Virus record (IMG/VR): IMGVR_UViG_3300046373_000099
Span: 2,383-66,382 of that record
Length of the DNA: 64,000 bases
Direction: 5' to 3' (one strand)
From: a virus
Part shown: piece by piece, positions 63,481 to 64,000 of the stretch
Numbering within the stretch: position 1 is the first letter of the stretch
How the letters are laid out: every line of letters begins with the position of its first letter
The notes under the pieces: generated by a model
What the model was told of the DNA's origin: nothing
The model's input: the letters and a program-made list of their open reading frames with translations, nothing else
Databases searched by the model: none
Translations under genes and position numbers: made by a program

Positions 63481-63779
63481 GATATCAGGAGTTCCGTCTC
63501 GCCTCGAAAGGTATCGCGAGCAGCATCTGTCTCATGGACTTTTCGGATATCTACGTGCATTCCGTCGGCAATGATTATGCCGAGAAATGAATGTCCGGAG
63601 CCGTGACCGCAGCAGTGCGTTCGGGTTGCGATGCCAGCGTCGTTTAGCGCCCGTAACAGCGGCAACATTTCCTTGTCGGCAACGAAAGCTCCCCTCCCAA
63701 GATCAACCATCTCTTGATCGTCAGATATGACGTGGTGATGGTTGCAGTTGTACATGTCATCATCCTTTCCGTTGCTCAC
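63465..63779 (-). CDS. Hypothetical protein
   Basis: LLRALNDAGIATRTHCCGH. Confidence 0.55.
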   Translation of the reverse strand: MSNGKDDDMYNCNHHHVISDDQEMVDLGRGAFVADKEMLPLLRALNDAGIATRTHCCGHGSGHSFLGIIIADGMHVDIRKVHETDAARDTFRGETELLISWSRT

Positions 63780-64000
63780 GCTGCCATCCTCCACTCGCCC
63801 ACGCTCAATTCCTCCGGCGATAAATACAGGATCGGCTTCTTCGCAACGAGGAACGTTGCGATTTCATAGTTTAGACCGACCGACTCCTGCCAACCGTCCA
63901 TGGTGAGCACGATCAGCGCGGCCGCCGCATCAATCATCGGGTCGCACTGGCGTTTCCAGAAATCCCAGTCCTTCGGCAAGTCGCCGGCTAGCGTGATGGA
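63776..64000 (-). CDS. DUF1937-like protein, 5' part outside window
   Basis: FWKRQCDPMI..LIVL.MDGWQESVGLNYEI. Confidence 0.65.
   Translation of the reverse strand, partial: SITLAGDLPKDWDFWKRQCDPMIDAAAALIVLTMDGWQESVGLNYEIATFLVAKKPILYLSPEELSVGEWRMAA

Larger units (their letters stand above)
1..64000. mobile_element. Temperate siphophage genome (excised/attP form), probably infecting Rhizobiales
   Basis: Complete set of terminase, portal, HK97 capsid, tail, lysis, replication, CI and integrase genes. attP is flanked by phage genes on both sides and no host genes are present. Confidence 0.95.

Noticed and set aside
62425-63606. 393-aa plus-strand ORF
   Set aside because: Antisense to a chain of translationally coupled small minus-strand genes.

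Overview
This window is a near-complete, circularly permuted genome of a temperate cos-type (HK97-like head) siphophage, probably infecting Rhizobiales (Rhizobium/Agrobacterium-like). It is in the excised form: an intact attP (3' half of tRNA-Thr(GGT)) has phage genes on both sides. Modules: accessory operon (1-3.5 kb and 61.7-64 kb), lysis (4.1-5.9 kb), GT61 moron, tail/head/packaging (8.6-32.2 kb), replication/recombination/methylases (32.7-51.2 kb), double immunity region (51.3-55.7 kb), and integrase/attP. Four observations stand out. (1) Where cro would normally sit, a nuclease-less IS110/Nop-domain protein is surrounded by about 12 stem-loop dual-spacer guide units (CCA-N9-nGAAACCCA-N9-nG). 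This is a TIGR-TasA-like RNA-guided system, and 3-4 guides lie inside the protein's own coding sequence. (2) A promoter- and terminator-bounded ~170-nt RNA has hairpin loops complementary to the CACCAC..AGGAGACC translation-initiation signature shared by about 20 phage genes. (3) Fourteen ANDN motifs and many C-terminal Ala-Ala ends mimic the alphaproteobacterial ssrA degron. (4) Also present are a five-copy promoter/operator, a split-frame C5 methylase and a MotA/ExbB-like channel module. All calls were made by eye; no database searches were run.
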